Shown piece after piece: positions 7,320-16,732 of a stretch of DNA of 16,732 nucleotides. Below the pieces are notes generated by a model, which had not been told where the DNA came from, did not search any database, and saw nothing but the letters and a program-made list of their open reading frames with translations. Location of the stretch: assembly GCA_015523565.1 (NCBI GenBank), contig WAKA01000052.1, positions 1-16,732 on the forward strand, in the 5' to 3' direction. The translations under genes were made by a program, and so were the position numbers. The stretch is from Candidatus Heimdallarchaeota archaeon (GTDB taxonomy: Archaea; Asgardarchaeota; Heimdallarchaeia; Heimdallarchaeales; Kariarchaeaceae). Numbering within the stretch: position 1 is the first letter of the stretch; every line of letters starts with the position of its first letter.

Positions 7320-9338
7320 TTATTTTTGTTTATTTTTTCTGTATACCAAGATGATTAGGGTGAAAGTGCCGACCAATCCAATATTGAGCGGAGAGAAATT
7401 CTTGTTGGATCCAGAACCATGGAAACCGTTCACTGCATCCTCATAACTGACTGCAGGAGCTCGGTATGAAACAACAAAAGGACCCCTGAACCCAGTGAGG
7501 AAGAATTCATTTGCGGCATACATTCCTTTGTCAGTATAGAAGGTATAGTCAGTGACATTCCAAGATCCATTTGAGAGACGGATTTCACCAGCAGGCATTG
7601 GAGCCATGCCATTTGTTGCACCTGCCGACTTTTGCATAGGGGGCAGGGGGATGTTGTCGGAATCCACATTTCCTCCAGTCACATGGTCTTCAGAAAGTTG
7701 GAAGCCAGAGTTATCCACAGCAGTTTCAAAGAATTGGATGAGGCGGTAGTGGGCAAGAGGGGATGCCTTTTCATCTGCCAATCCCATGATGCTTCTAAGT
7801 CCTGCAACGACGCTTGCAATGCTTGCGGGGTTGTAAACTTGTTCGGTTGCATCTTCAGAGCTTCTGTAAACCATGTTGTCATCATCCCACAAATTGTTTT
7901 CAATGAATGAGAATGCAGACAGTGCGGCATCCTTGAATTTGGTATCTCCTGTAAGGTTATAGGCAGTGATCAGTCCCCTTATGGCACTGCCTTGGGTTTC
8001 AATTGTTCGGGCAGTGGTGCTTGGAGCATTCTGTGCAAGGTCAAAGCTGTTGTCAAATCCGCCATCGTTCCTTTGCAGGTTATCGACAAGGAAATTTGCT
8101 TGATCACGGATGAATTGGGTTTGGTTCATGGCGTCATTTGTTGCGGAACTCCATTGTGCCAAGGCAATGATGGCTTTCGAGATGGTTTTGGTGCTGGCTG
8201 TTTTTCCTGGAGTGAGTGTTCCAGAGTTATAGGAAGCAGTGTCAACAAATGTTTTGGCAGTTGCATCCCAATGCCAGTTTTTCATGGTCAGCCATGCGAT
8301 TTTTGCCAATCCCTTTCCAAGGTCTGCGGGACCAGGCTTTCCTGTTTCTGCCATCGATCCAGGGAATGGTTGGGCACCAGTTCCATCTCCTCCGAACACA
8401 TCATCCTGTTCGGGGGCATTTGCCCATTCGAAGAACTTGGATGCCATCCAGAGCAGGGACAATTGATCCCATAAATTGGAGCTGGAATCAACGATGGAGT
8501 AGTTTTCGGGCATTGGCATTTGCATGGACCCTCCTGCGGGGACTGTCATTTTGGTATCATAGGTGTATCTATGTGCAAAGTAGTAGTTCCCTGCATTTGT
8601 AGCAGGATCCAATTGTCCGTCCATGGTTCCGTTGGCAATGTTCACGGCAAGGACATTCTTGAGGAACTGCATTTTGTTGATCAATTCAGCAGTGAGCACG
8701 AACCCCCTGAATCCATCGGTTGTGTAGTCATCAGGATTCACTTTGCCCTTGCCTAATGCCACATTCCCTTGAAGTGCTTTTTGGCTGGAATCAACGGGAC
8801 TGTCAGTCAATTCATTTGTGTCGACCAAATGGTTCTTGCTGAAGAATTCCTCTGCCCACAAGACATTCTTGAGTCCGCTTTGTGCCAATGCGGCGGGATA
8901 TAAGTCTCGGTCGGCAGTACTCAAATCCCAACGGAGTGTGGCAAAATCGTTTGGATTATTTGTATCCACAGCCTGTGAAAAGAATGGTTTTGCAGAGGCA
9001 AATTCCGCGAAAATGGGAAACGGATTCATTGGAGGTGATGCATGGGTGATGTTTGCGGCCATTTTTATCTTCATCATCATCATGCTGAGGTTTCCTTGAA
9101 ACACAGGGCTGAACACCATATGGAGACCTGCACCCGATCTCATTTCAAGGTGTCCCAGATAGTAGCGTGAATACCAATAGCCCTCATTGATGACTTCTCC
9201 CCAACTTAATGTGGGTTCATTTGTTGTTGACGCAGCGTTGCTTATTTGGACAGTGCCAATCAGCAATGAAAGAATATAAAGCAACACTGCCGCGGTGCGT
9301 AATTTATTCCAGATAAAGGTACGTTGTATTTTTTTCAT
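7320..9338 (-). CDS. Secreted, C-terminally membrane-anchored protein with probable alpha/alpha-barrel (six-hairpin-like) C-terminal region; function unknown
   Basis: 672 aa. Signal peptide (MKKIQR...AAVLLYILSLLIG...SNA). Helical-hairpin motifs (ANFLVDNLQRNDGGF; AYNLTGDTKFKDAALSAFSFIENNLWD). C-terminal PL-hydrophobic helix-RKNKQK sorting-like tail. Confidence 0.75.
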   Translation of the reverse strand: MKKIQRTFIWNKLRTAAVLLYILSLLIGTVQISNAASTTNEPTLSWGEVINEGYWYSRYYLGHLEMRSGAGLHMVFSPVFQGNLSMMMMKIKMAANITHASPPMNPFPIFAEFASAKPFFSQAVDTNNPNDFATLRWDLSTADRDLYPAALAQSGLKNVLWAEEFFSKNHLVDTNELTDSPVDSSQKALQGNVALGKGKVNPDDYTTDGFRGFVLTAELINKMQFLKNVLAVNIANGTMDGQLDPATNAGNYYFAHRYTYDTKMTVPAGGSMQMPMPENYSIVDSSSNLWDQLSLLWMASKFFEWANAPEQDDVFGGDGTGAQPFPGSMAETGKPGPADLGKGLAKIAWLTMKNWHWDATAKTFVDTASYNSGTLTPGKTASTKTISKAIIALAQWSSATNDAMNQTQFIRDQANFLVDNLQRNDGGFDNSFDLAQNAPSTTARTIETQGSAIRGLITAYNLTGDTKFKDAALSAFSFIENNLWDDDNMVYRSSEDATEQVYNPASIASVVAGLRSIMGLADEKASPLAHYRLIQFFETAVDNSGFQLSEDHVTGGNVDSDNIPLPPMQKSAGATNGMAPMPAGEIRLSNGSWNVTDYTFYTDKGMYAANEFFLTGFRGPFVVSYRAPAVSYEDAVNGFHGSGSNKNFSPLNIGLVGTFTLIILVYRKNKQK

Positions 9339-9362
9339 AAGGCATGATGCAGTGACCCAGAA

Positions 9363-9426
9363 TTTATTTCAAAGGTGAGTTTGAAAAAAAATAGTACGAA
9401 ATTTCAAACTGAAGGTTTATTTCAAA
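9363..9426. promoter_or_regulatory. Putative promoter/operator of the 7320-9338 gene
   Basis: 9-bp inverted repeat AGTTTGAAA (9378-9386)/TTTCAAACT (9402-9410), flanked by the direct repeat TTTATTTCAAA (9363-9373, 9416-9426), 25-90 bp upstream of the ATG. Confidence 0.4.
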
Positions 9427-9575
9427 ATATTTTACGGATCCAAAAATGATGCAATGGTGATTTTACAGCATCTGAAGATTGAAAATACCCAAATCTGAAA
9501 TATTTTATATGTCTTTAGACCGAATATGCATTTGTAGAAAATGAGGAAAAGTTGACCAATGATGAAGGGAGAGGG

Positions 9576-10562
9576 TCAGTCTATGAAACGTATTGGGAGT
9601 TTCACATCCATATCGTAGAAAACATCAGGATTTTGTTTCACAACCTCATCTATGGTAAGGACTGGCTCAACACAAGCATCAAGTCCTTCAAACACATTTT
9701 CCCAATGTTGTAGGGGTTTTTCCCTTATGGCATTTTTGATTCTTTCCTTAAGCTTCTTGTCAAACAGGTAATCGTCACCTGAATATTCTATTTTTAGACC
9801 TTTCAGTAGCATGTCAAAAAACTTTTTTTCGAGCGAGGCAAGGGAAAGGTATCTTCCGTCTTTTGTCTCATAAAAGTCATAGATACTGCCGCCATCAAGA
9901 ATTCCAGTCCTTGGTTTTGGGACGGCCAATCCTGCAAGCGGATAGGCAGACTTGAGCAGGGCAAGAGGCATTAGGCAATGAGTCATGGAAATGTCAATAT
10001 GGCATCCCTGTCCGTTTCTTTCTCGTTGAAGAAGGGCACTGAGTATACCGATAACTGCATGCAATGATCCCCCAACCATATCACCCAATTGCAATGCAGG
10101 AGGTGTTGGAGAGGGAGCAAGAAGTGATGCAATTCCTGATTTGGCAATGAAATTGAGATCATGACCTGCCTTTGTTGAGTTTTGACCGAAAGCAGAAATT
10201 GAGCAGTAGATGATATCTGGATTGATTGACTTTACCGTTTCATAATCTAGACCCAATCTTTCCATTGTTTCAGGTCTGAATTGTTCTACAAGGATGTCCG
10301 CGTCAATAATCAATGATTTGGCTTTTTTCAGTCCCTTTGGCTCTTTCAGGTTGATTTTTTCGATTTTTTTGTTTTTATTCAGGATTTGGTAGACAAGCGG
10401 TTTCCCATTGACATGGGGAGGGAAAATGTCTTCCAGTCTTTGCTTGGAGGGGTTTTCGATTTTGGTGACTTCCGCCCCCATATCTGCAAGCATTTTTGTT
10501 GCATAAGGACCGGGCAGGAGTGTGGTGAAATCAAGGACTTTAATGCCATCAAGTTGTCCCAT
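9576..10562 (-). CDS. CaiB/BaiF family III CoA-transferase / alpha-methylacyl-CoA racemase-like protein
   Basis: LDGIKVLDFTTLLPGPYATKMLADMGAEVTKIE, ADILVEQFRP..MERLGLDY, NPDIIYCSISAFGQ, GHDLNF, LGDMVGG, G.G.HIDISM, YETKDGRY: canonical family motifs. Confidence 0.95.
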   Translation of the reverse strand: MGQLDGIKVLDFTTLLPGPYATKMLADMGAEVTKIENPSKQRLEDIFPPHVNGKPLVYQILNKNKKIEKINLKEPKGLKKAKSLIIDADILVEQFRPETMERLGLDYETVKSINPDIIYCSISAFGQNSTKAGHDLNFIAKSGIASLLAPSPTPPALQLGDMVGGSLHAVIGILSALLQRERNGQGCHIDISMTHCLMPLALLKSAYPLAGLAVPKPRTGILDGGSIYDFYETKDGRYLSLASLEKKFFDMLLKGLKIEYSGDDYLFDKKLKERIKNAIREKPLQHWENVFEGLDACVEPVLTIDEVVKQNPDVFYDMDVKLPIRFID

Positions 10563-10776
10563 GAATTATAGCGAGCTTATAAGTTCCTTAAGTTTGTCGG
10601 CAGTCCAAGGTAGTCCTTTGCGTCAAGAAATGCCAGTAAATAGCTCAAATCCTTACATTTTTACAAAAAACCTATAGAGCATTACTTCCTTAAGCTAGAA
10701 TTTCCGTATTATAATTAAATCATGCAATATAGTTATGAATTACCAAATTTTCTTTATCTCCCCCAACCAATTCACA

Positions 10777-11373
10777 TTATGTAACAGCTTGTTTTCTCAG
10801 GGAGTACTGTATTCTCCTGAATCCGTTTTTATTTGGCAACTTGCTTTCCTGCAACTGATGCCCCAATACCCGAACCCATTCCACAAAATCCTTGAGTTCA
10901 GTCTCTGCAACAAAACTGATGGCGTCCTTGATGACGGTGTCAGCAGTTGCAATGTGGTACGTCATTTTCCCAGTGTCCAAGTAGGCGGTAAACAGGAACA
11001 GTCCAATGATGGCTGTGATGCCTCCCGTGACGATGTTCCTCCCATCCGCGATTTCGAAGGATATGCTGAATTCCATGATTTCATTCCACCTAAACTCCTT
11101 CCTTGAGCCCAACTTAATTCTCACAAGGGATTTTTCCCCTGCCTCGATACTGTGGAACACTCCACCCAAAATCTTTCGTTCGATCAGTGCCGTGGGGATG
11201 AACACCAATGCAGCAAGCGTGATGACCCCTGTGAACACGGGTGATGGCGTGGTGGCAATGATGTAAGTGAAAAAGCTTGCTGAGATGATGGGGAGCAGGA
11301 TTGCCCAAATCAGATTGACCCGCGTTCCTTTCAACGATTTTACTTTGCCCATGTGCTTTAAAAGATAATTCAC
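10777..11373 (-). CDS. Hypothetical membrane protein (about 3 TM helices)
   Basis: 198-aa ORF with hydrophobic segments LIWAILLPIISASFF, VFTGVITLAALVFIP and GGITAIIGLFLF. Start codon uncertain. Confidence 0.7.
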   Translation of the reverse strand: MNYLLKHMGKVKSLKGTRVNLIWAILLPIISASFFTYIIATTPSPVFTGVITLAALVFIPTALIERKILGGVFHSIEAGEKSLVRIKLGSRKEFRWNEIMEFSISFEIADGRNIVTGGITAIIGLFLFTAYLDTGKMTYHIATADTVIKDAISFVAETELKDFVEWVRVLGHQLQESKLPNKNGFRRIQYSLRKQAVT

Positions 11374-11477
11374 ATAAAAGTATTATCCGCATTTATCTTC
11401 AGGAGGAATAATACGCATACCTTTTATTACGAGGAAGTGCGAAACTTGTTTTCCTTAACCCATTTGTTTCCTTCAAG

Positions 11478-12125
11478 TCATTTGTTTTCCTCAAATGTGA
11501 TGGTAAGTGTCCCCAACTCAGTCTCACCTTGGAGGATCGTCAATTCATGAGTTGACAGGACAACATGAAGGATGGGGTCTATTCCATTTTCTGTGATAAT
11601 CTTGTCAATTGGAGCGTTCAATTTGCGTGCCACTTTTTTCATCATGTCCAAGTGATGGGGGGTCAATTCCTTTCCAGACCGGGTCACATATTGTACTTTG
11701 CGTTTCATGGTTCTTTTTTGGGGCTTCCAGTTAATTTTTTGGAGAAGTTGGTAGACATAATTTCGGTGAATTACGATGCCCATTTTCTCTGTGATGAATT
11801 GATGGATCAATTGCACAGTCCATCCATTTTCAGGGTAGCCGAAGTCTTTGGGGTCATGTTTCAAAGCTTCCTTCAGTTCAGCGAGATTGACCTTCTGTTT
11901 TCTTCCTCGTTTACTTGGTGGAGACAATATCCCATTTATTCCATATTTCTTGTACTTTCTCAACCAATAGTAAATTTGATCCCGATTTAGGAGGAAGATT
12001 TCACAAAGTTCGTCAACCTTTTTTCCTTTCAGGTAATGGATTACAAGAAGTATTCTGAACTTTATTGCATGATTTTTTTCCTTTTGGCAGATATCCACAA
12101 GTGTTTCGAGTTCAGATGGCAACAA
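11478..12125 (-). CDS. IS630-transposase-like tandem HTH/winged-HTH protein lacking a recognisable DDE domain
   Basis: RILLVIHYLKG...IYYWLRKYKKYGINGI...RGRKQK...P.DFGY...WTVQLI...I...GI......V..LL...W matches the IS630 N-terminal DNA-binding region. The remaining ~75 aa show no intact DDE triad. Confidence 0.7.
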   Translation of the reverse strand: MLPSELETLVDICQKEKNHAIKFRILLVIHYLKGKKVDELCEIFLLNRDQIYYWLRKYKKYGINGILSPPSKRGRKQKVNLAELKEALKHDPKDFGYPENGWTVQLIHQFITEKMGIVIHRNYVYQLLQKINWKPQKRTMKRKVQYVTRSGKELTPHHLDMMKKVARKLNAPIDKIITENGIDPILHVVLSTHELTILQGETELGTLTITFEENK

Positions 12126-12298
12126 TTAAGATAGACATCAAACTTATTTAAGAAATTAGATCCAACAAAAACCAAAAGAAAAATGGATTTAATTGATTAA
12201 CAATGACATATCCATTTGAATAATTTTGACATATTATCTTAATTTGAACGATCATTAGATACCGCCATATTTTTCGAAATTGGAGACAATGATGAATC

Positions 12299-13414
12299 AT
12301 GAAAGACTTCAAGTCAAGTCCATACTTTTTCACGGCATTAGTTTATTCGATATTTGGATTGATGGCCGCGATAGAGGCATTGGCAATCTCATGGGGATGG
12401 CTTGCAGGAATAAATTCCATCTCATGGACCAGGATACATTTTATTACATTGGGGATTGTAAGTCAAGCCATATTCGGCTATGTGCCCAAGCATCTCCATC
12501 CAAATTCAGAAACCGATTGGAATATCTGGATTCTATTGAATGCAGGAATAGTCACCTTCTTTTTTGGGAGGGGGATCGTTAATGCACCCATTATGATTGT
12601 AGGGGGCATGTTGGTCTTTATTGCAACATTGCTTTTTGTCATTCAGCTTGTTTCGTTACGGGATGGGGAATACCAGACAGGGAAGTTCTATATTACCGCC
12701 ACCATCTTTCTCTTGTTTGGGATTGTTTTGGGAACTAGCATCTGGGCGGGATGGAACAGCGTTTTGGGAATACACAATGCATTGGAGGCACATATCCATG
12801 CAAACAATTGGGGATTCCTTTCCTTGGTTTTTGCAGCATTGTTGTTGGATTTATATCCCACATTTACAGGGAAACAGATTCATTGGCCAAATTCCATAGG
12901 ATTGATCTACATGACCTTGACAATAGGGGGAGTGGGGTTGGTTATGGGACCATGGATTGGGAACATTCCGATAACAGTTGCGGGAATGATTTCGTTCATC
13001 ATTGGAGGAGTTACACTTTTATTGGACATCACACTTCCGCTGAGGGGAGAAAGAAAAGAGATAGGGGTTTTGCATCTTTTGGCGGCATATGTTTGGATTT
13101 TTGTGCCCCTGTTCTTTGCACCATTTGTGATTTTTGAATTCCAAGGGTTTGAATGGGTTGAGCCAAGCGCACCCCAAGCACTGATTTACGGTTGGGTTCT
13201 CCAGTTTGCAATAGCCATAATCCCCTATTTCATTTCAGGGAAGCTTGGAGGAACAAAGCAAACCTTGGTTTTGACAAACGCAGGAGCAGTATTTCTCTGG
13301 ATTTCCATATTTGCTGGTGAATTCAGGCTTTATTTCCATGGGGCGGCATATCTATTGTGGACCATTGCAATACTTCTGTGGATTAGGTCAATAATTAGGC
13401 AAGTAGAAATTTGA
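12299..13414 (+). CDS. Polytopic membrane protein (about 11-12 TM) with intramembrane histidines; NnrS/heme-copper-oxidase-subunit-I-like fold suspected
   Basis: 371 aa of alternating hydrophobic helices, with motifs WTRIHFITLG and LEAHIHANNWGF and an internal repeat pattern (H...G / ALIYGW). Confidence 0.65.
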   Translation: MKDFKSSPYFFTALVYSIFGLMAAIEALAISWGWLAGINSISWTRIHFITLGIVSQAIFGYVPKHLHPNSETDWNIWILLNAGIVTFFFGRGIVNAPIMIVGGMLVFIATLLFVIQLVSLRDGEYQTGKFYITATIFLLFGIVLGTSIWAGWNSVLGIHNALEAHIHANNWGFLSLVFAALLLDLYPTFTGKQIHWPNSIGLIYMTLTIGGVGLVMGPWIGNIPITVAGMISFIIGGVTLLLDITLPLRGERKEIGVLHLLAAYVWIFVPLFFAPFVIFEFQGFEWVEPSAPQALIYGWVLQFAIAIIPYFISGKLGGTKQTLVLTNAGAVFLWISIFAGEFRLYFHGAAYLLWTIAILLWIRSIIRQVEI

Positions 13415-13453
13415 TTTGAAATGTTTTGAGGGAATCCATTAGGTTGCTACAAC

Positions 13454-13500
13454 CATTGCCAATTCTTTTGTTCGGCAATGCTAAAAGCCCTTTTTTTATT
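13454..13500 (+). terminator. Possible terminator after the membrane-protein gene
   Basis: CATTGCC (13454-13460)/GGCAATG (13474-13480) stem followed by a T7 run at 13491-13497. Confidence 0.35.
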
Positions 13501-13660
13501 TGCTGCTAAGAAAATAGATGAGATCGATAATGGACAATTGATAGTGATGAAAGAGAGGCTGAGAACTTGGAAATCAAAGAACAGGAAGGGAAAATATTCC
13601 AATTAAAGAGAAAATAGCTGTTTTGCCATTATTTAAGTAGTTTTGTTTAGCTTGCAATCC

Positions 13661-14527
13661 ATGGAATATTATGTTGTAAATGTATTCTCAGAACATGGCA
13701 TTCGTGGAGGCAATCAACTTGGTGTGGTCTTGGATCTTGAACAGCAATTATCGGAACAGGATATGCAGGTAATTGCCAAGCAGTTCAATTATTCAGAATC
13801 CACATTCATCACATCTCTAGAAAAGGATGGAGCAGACGTACGGATTTTTTTGCCGAACAGGGAGATTGATTTTGCGGGGCACCCAACTATTGGCACTGCA
13901 TTTGTCATTTCAAAATTGATGCCTGAAATGGGAAACAATATTGTCCTTAGATTGAAAAGGGGAAATATAGATATCAGGAAGGATGGAGACCTTTTTACCA
14001 TGATTCCATTCATTCCAGAGGTGAAAAAGAGATATGAAGATATTGATGAAATCATCCAATACTTGGGAATTGATGAGAAGGATGTTTTGGTCGATCAGTT
14101 CTATTCAATCACTGCATCGGACTTGCCATTTGTGTTTATTCCTGTAAAAAAGGCAAAAGTCCTTGAGACAATGACTCCAGATTTGGAAGGCATAAAAGCA
14201 TTTCTGGCAGAAGACAGGGCAGATCCCTATGTATTTGCCTTGGAGGGAATTGATGGGGGCAACATCCATGCCCGATTTTTTGCACCAAACAGTGGCATTG
14301 TGGAAGACCCTGCGACAGGGAGTGCACAAGCACCTCTCGGACTTGCCATGCATCTTTATTTTCCAGAACGTTTTGATGGGGATTACAAATTTGTAACGGA
14401 ACAGGGATATGAGATGGGAAGACCTTCTAAATTGCATAATTCCGTCAAGACCACTGGAGGCAAGCTTTATGCTGCGGAGACAGGTGGCTACAATTATTTG
14501 GTGGCGAAGGGAGAATTATTTGTCTGA
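13661..14527 (+). CDS. PhzF-family (DAP-epimerase fold) isomerase
   Basis: VNVFS...GGNQLGVV, MQVIAKQFNYSESTF, VRIFLP.REIDFAGHPTIG, ARFFAP..GIVEDPATGSA, EQGYEMGRPS. The ATG at 13661 is a better start than the TTG at 13643. Confidence 0.95.
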   Translation: MEYYVVNVFSEHGIRGGNQLGVVLDLEQQLSEQDMQVIAKQFNYSESTFITSLEKDGADVRIFLPNREIDFAGHPTIGTAFVISKLMPEMGNNIVLRLKRGNIDIRKDGDLFTMIPFIPEVKKRYEDIDEIIQYLGIDEKDVLVDQFYSITASDLPFVFIPVKKAKVLETMTPDLEGIKAFLAEDRADPYVFALEGIDGGNIHARFFAPNSGIVEDPATGSAQAPLGLAMHLYFPERFDGDYKFVTEQGYEMGRPSKLHNSVKTTGGKLYAAETGGYNYLVAKGELFV

Positions 14528-14791
14528 AAAACTGTTTCTACAAAGAAAGTTGAAACGATCAATTGAAGTCAAGGATAAGGAAATCATATAGTTGAGATGG
14601 CAATTGTCATGACCCGAAAAAAGGGTTAACAGTCTTCAGCAGTTCACTACCAAAAAGAGAAATATTTTCCAGGATGTGTTCACGCAATGCATAAGAAAAT
14701 GGGAATCGTTAATTTCATTGCACTGTCGCATTTGTTTGTTGTTGGATCACAGAGAATTGGAACTCTCATTGAAAAAACCCATTGCTTGGGT

Positions 14792-16054
14792 TCAACTGAA
14801 AAGAATTTTGTCGATTTGATATTCCTCAATGATCCTGCTGAAATCTTTGCTGATGTCTTCCCATACCTTTCTATTTAATTTTTCAATGGTTTTGGCACCG
14901 ACAAGAGCCTTAAGTTCTTCATTTGTTTTTTTAATTGGCTCCAGATAGTTTCTAACGAAGGCAAGAACATCTTGGTATGAGGATTCCCGTAACAAGTCAA
15001 AGATTTTATCGAGGGACTGCACCCGTTTGTTTTCAAAATCAGGTAAGACAGGCCTGATTTGACTGTGATCCATGTACGAAAAGAAGGTACGTTGTGCAGT
15101 CTTACCCAATTTTTTGCTTATTCTTTCATGATAGTTGAGATAATACGTTTGAAGAAAATTGCCGAGAATGTACACCTTTGGAAGAGGAACAATGATGTGA
15201 GTGAATAACAGTTCGTGAATTATGTCATTGAACAACACCATATCTATTTTTTTTATCTTTCTTTTTATTCTCATTTTTATCTCGTTCAGGGTTCTCTGAT
15301 TATCGATTTCTGAAAGAAAGGGGACAACAATATCATTCCAATAGTTTTTCAAGTAGTCATTTGGAATTTCCTTTCTGTTGAAAAGGAGATCCATCCCATA
15401 AGGGGTGATTTGATATATTTGCTCATCATCAAAGCCTACACTAAAGGCGATATAATTTTTCGACAACAATTTTGATGCGATAATGGACACTTTGTTCCAG
15501 CTCATCCCTAAGTTTTTTGAAATGTCGAGAAGGGTTCTGATGCCATTGATCTGACTGAAAAATCGGGCAACATCATCAAAATTTTCAGGGAAATCATTGG
15601 GAGAAAGTGATTGCTCTAAAATAACAGGGATAAGATAATCGTGAATCACTTCTTTTTGGAAAACAGATATGATTGTGTCAATGAACCTATGACCTGCCAA
15701 CTGTATTTTTCCGACATCAATCGAATAGATGTCTTGGAAATCAGCAGTGAATTCCTCAAATTCATCAAGTATTAGTATAAGCTTGTCTTTGATACTTTCA
15801 TCAAGATCTGTACCTATTAGGACACCAATTGATTTTTCCCCAGAATAATAAATAATTTTTTGATTTCCATAGGTAATTTCACCTACTTGTTGGCGGTGGG
15901 TATAGTCGCTTTTCATCTCTTCCAAAAAAGGTTGGATTGCACTGATAAATCCTGAAAACAATACCTCATCAACCTTAAGTCCACCTTTTGCAAAATCAAA
16001 AGATGTGATGGGGATCCCACCTTTTGTCAAAAGGAGTGCATATTTTAATGTCAT
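14792..16054 (-). CDS. Longin/roadblock-like N-terminal domain protein with two winged-helix-like repeats
   Basis: The N-terminus ALLLTKGGIPI...DEVLFSGFISAIQPFLEEM...EITYGNQKII...ILDEFEE fits the longin-like pattern common in Asgard archaea. Repeated INGIRTLLDI / IDNQRTLNEI wHTH-like starts follow. Confidence 0.65.
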   Translation of the reverse strand: MTLKYALLLTKGGIPITSFDFAKGGLKVDEVLFSGFISAIQPFLEEMKSDYTHRQQVGEITYGNQKIIYYSGEKSIGVLIGTDLDESIKDKLILILDEFEEFTADFQDIYSIDVGKIQLAGHRFIDTIISVFQKEVIHDYLIPVILEQSLSPNDFPENFDDVARFFSQINGIRTLLDISKNLGMSWNKVSIIASKLLSKNYIAFSVGFDDEQIYQITPYGMDLLFNRKEIPNDYLKNYWNDIVVPFLSEIDNQRTLNEIKMRIKRKIKKIDMVLFNDIIHELLFTHIIVPLPKVYILGNFLQTYYLNYHERISKKLGKTAQRTFFSYMDHSQIRPVLPDFENKRVQSLDKIFDLLRESSYQDVLAFVRNYLEPIKKTNEELKALVGAKTIEKLNRKVWEDISKDFSRIIEEYQIDKILFS

Positions 16055-16063
16055 GGCTATCCC

Positions 16064-16348
16064 TCAATCACTTACAAGCCTATAAAGATGAACAACTGCA
16101 ACAACCAACAAAAAAGCGGCAACACCTTCAACTGCTTCGGATACTGCAATTAGGGTCTGGTTGGTTTGAAAGAGAGCCTCCATAACATGATGGGTGCTAA
16201 AAACAAGAGACGATAATCCTGCAAATAAAACAGATTTGCTCAAATATCCTGCAAAGCCCTCTTTTCTTCCAAAATTCAATGCATAAAGGAAGATCAATAA
16301 ATTAATGATAAAAGTAATGAAAAATATTGTGCTTACGAGATCATTCAT
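16064..16348 (-). CDS. Small 3-TM membrane protein (94 aa)
   Basis: Three hydrophobic helices with a THHVME motif. The start overlaps the upstream stop (ATGA), and the stop is 9 bp from the next gene. Confidence 0.8.
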   Translation of the reverse strand: MNDLVSTIFFITFIINLLIFLYALNFGRKEGFAGYLSKSVLFAGLSSLVFSTHHVMEALFQTNQTLIAVSEAVEGVAAFLLVVAVVHLYRLVSD

Positions 16349-16629
16349 GATTGAACCTCCAATGGTTTTGTGCTGAGATTTGCATAATATATTGCAACGA
16401 AGTAAAAGATTGATGCAACTAAGGCAGTAATCGCATAATAGATTTCATCCAACCCAAACACTTCAACACTTGTATGAAGAATAAGGATGATTGCAGTGAT
16501 AGCAAAACACACACCTGTCACGAACAACCTGCTTTCCTTTAGGTTGGGGACTGCTTTCAAAATAGTGGCAACAATTCCAAATGTGATTGCAAGATTAGCT
16601 ATTGCAATAATAAAACTTACAACACTCAT
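16345..16629 (-). CDS. Small 3-TM membrane protein (94 aa from ATG 16629), apparent distant paralog of the adjacent gene
   Basis: Three hydrophobic helices with an LHTSVE motif at the equivalent position. ATG 16629 is preferred over the GTG at 16665. Confidence 0.78.
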   Translation of the reverse strand: MSVVSFIIAIANLAITFGIVATILKAVPNLKESRLFVTGVCFAITAIILILHTSVEVFGLDEIYYAITALVASIFYFVAIYYANLSTKPLEVQS

Positions 16630-16732
16630 AGTTAATTCATTGTCACAAAAGATTAAATACTTCACTAAAGCTCACCATCGTGAATAATTTTGAATAATTT
16701 CAGGAAACATTAGTTAATTTTTTATTTTATGA

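Noticed and set aside
7539-7548. GAAGGTATAG, a 10-bp reverse-complement match to array type-B units, as a self-target
   Set aside because: Too short and does not extend; plausible by chance in 16 kb.
7430-9099. Multiple short antisense/alternate-frame ORFs inside the 672-aa gene (and similar ones inside other long genes)
   Set aside because: Shadow ORFs of well-supported coding regions.

Overview
Archaeal-looking window. An Asgard/Heimdallarchaeia-like host is inferred from a longin-like + wHTH protein, Ig-like surface repeats and GGAGGTG/GGTGA ribosome-binding motifs. The left ~5.6 kb is a co-oriented, mobile-element-like cassette with four parts. (1) A frameshifted IS607-family serine recombinase (tnpA, 5' end outside the window). 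(2) A 970-aa membrane-anchored HerA/VirB4-like P-loop ATPase with a TPR-like tail. (3) A ~320-bp non-coding block: one 11-bp inverted repeat, then 7 tandem ~36-nt hairpins sharing a near-invariant 16-nt apical sequence (TAYACCTTYGTGGCAA) but closed by different, compensatorily varying stems. (4) An enlarged (~599 aa) TnpB/Cas12-like RuvC protein whose third catalytic Asp appears replaced by His. This cassette abuts, and probably truncates, a NosD/beta-helix + Ig-like surface gene. The rest looks like host DNA: a secreted, C-terminally anchored helical-barrel protein, a family III CoA-transferase, a membrane protein, an orphan IS630-type wHTH protein, a His-containing polytopic membrane protein, a PhzF-family isomerase, and an operon of two small 3-TM proteins plus a longin-like/wHTH protein. 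The TnpA-ATPase-hairpin array-TnpB cassette is the best candidate for an undescribed system. All family calls come from motif recognition by eye; no searches were run.
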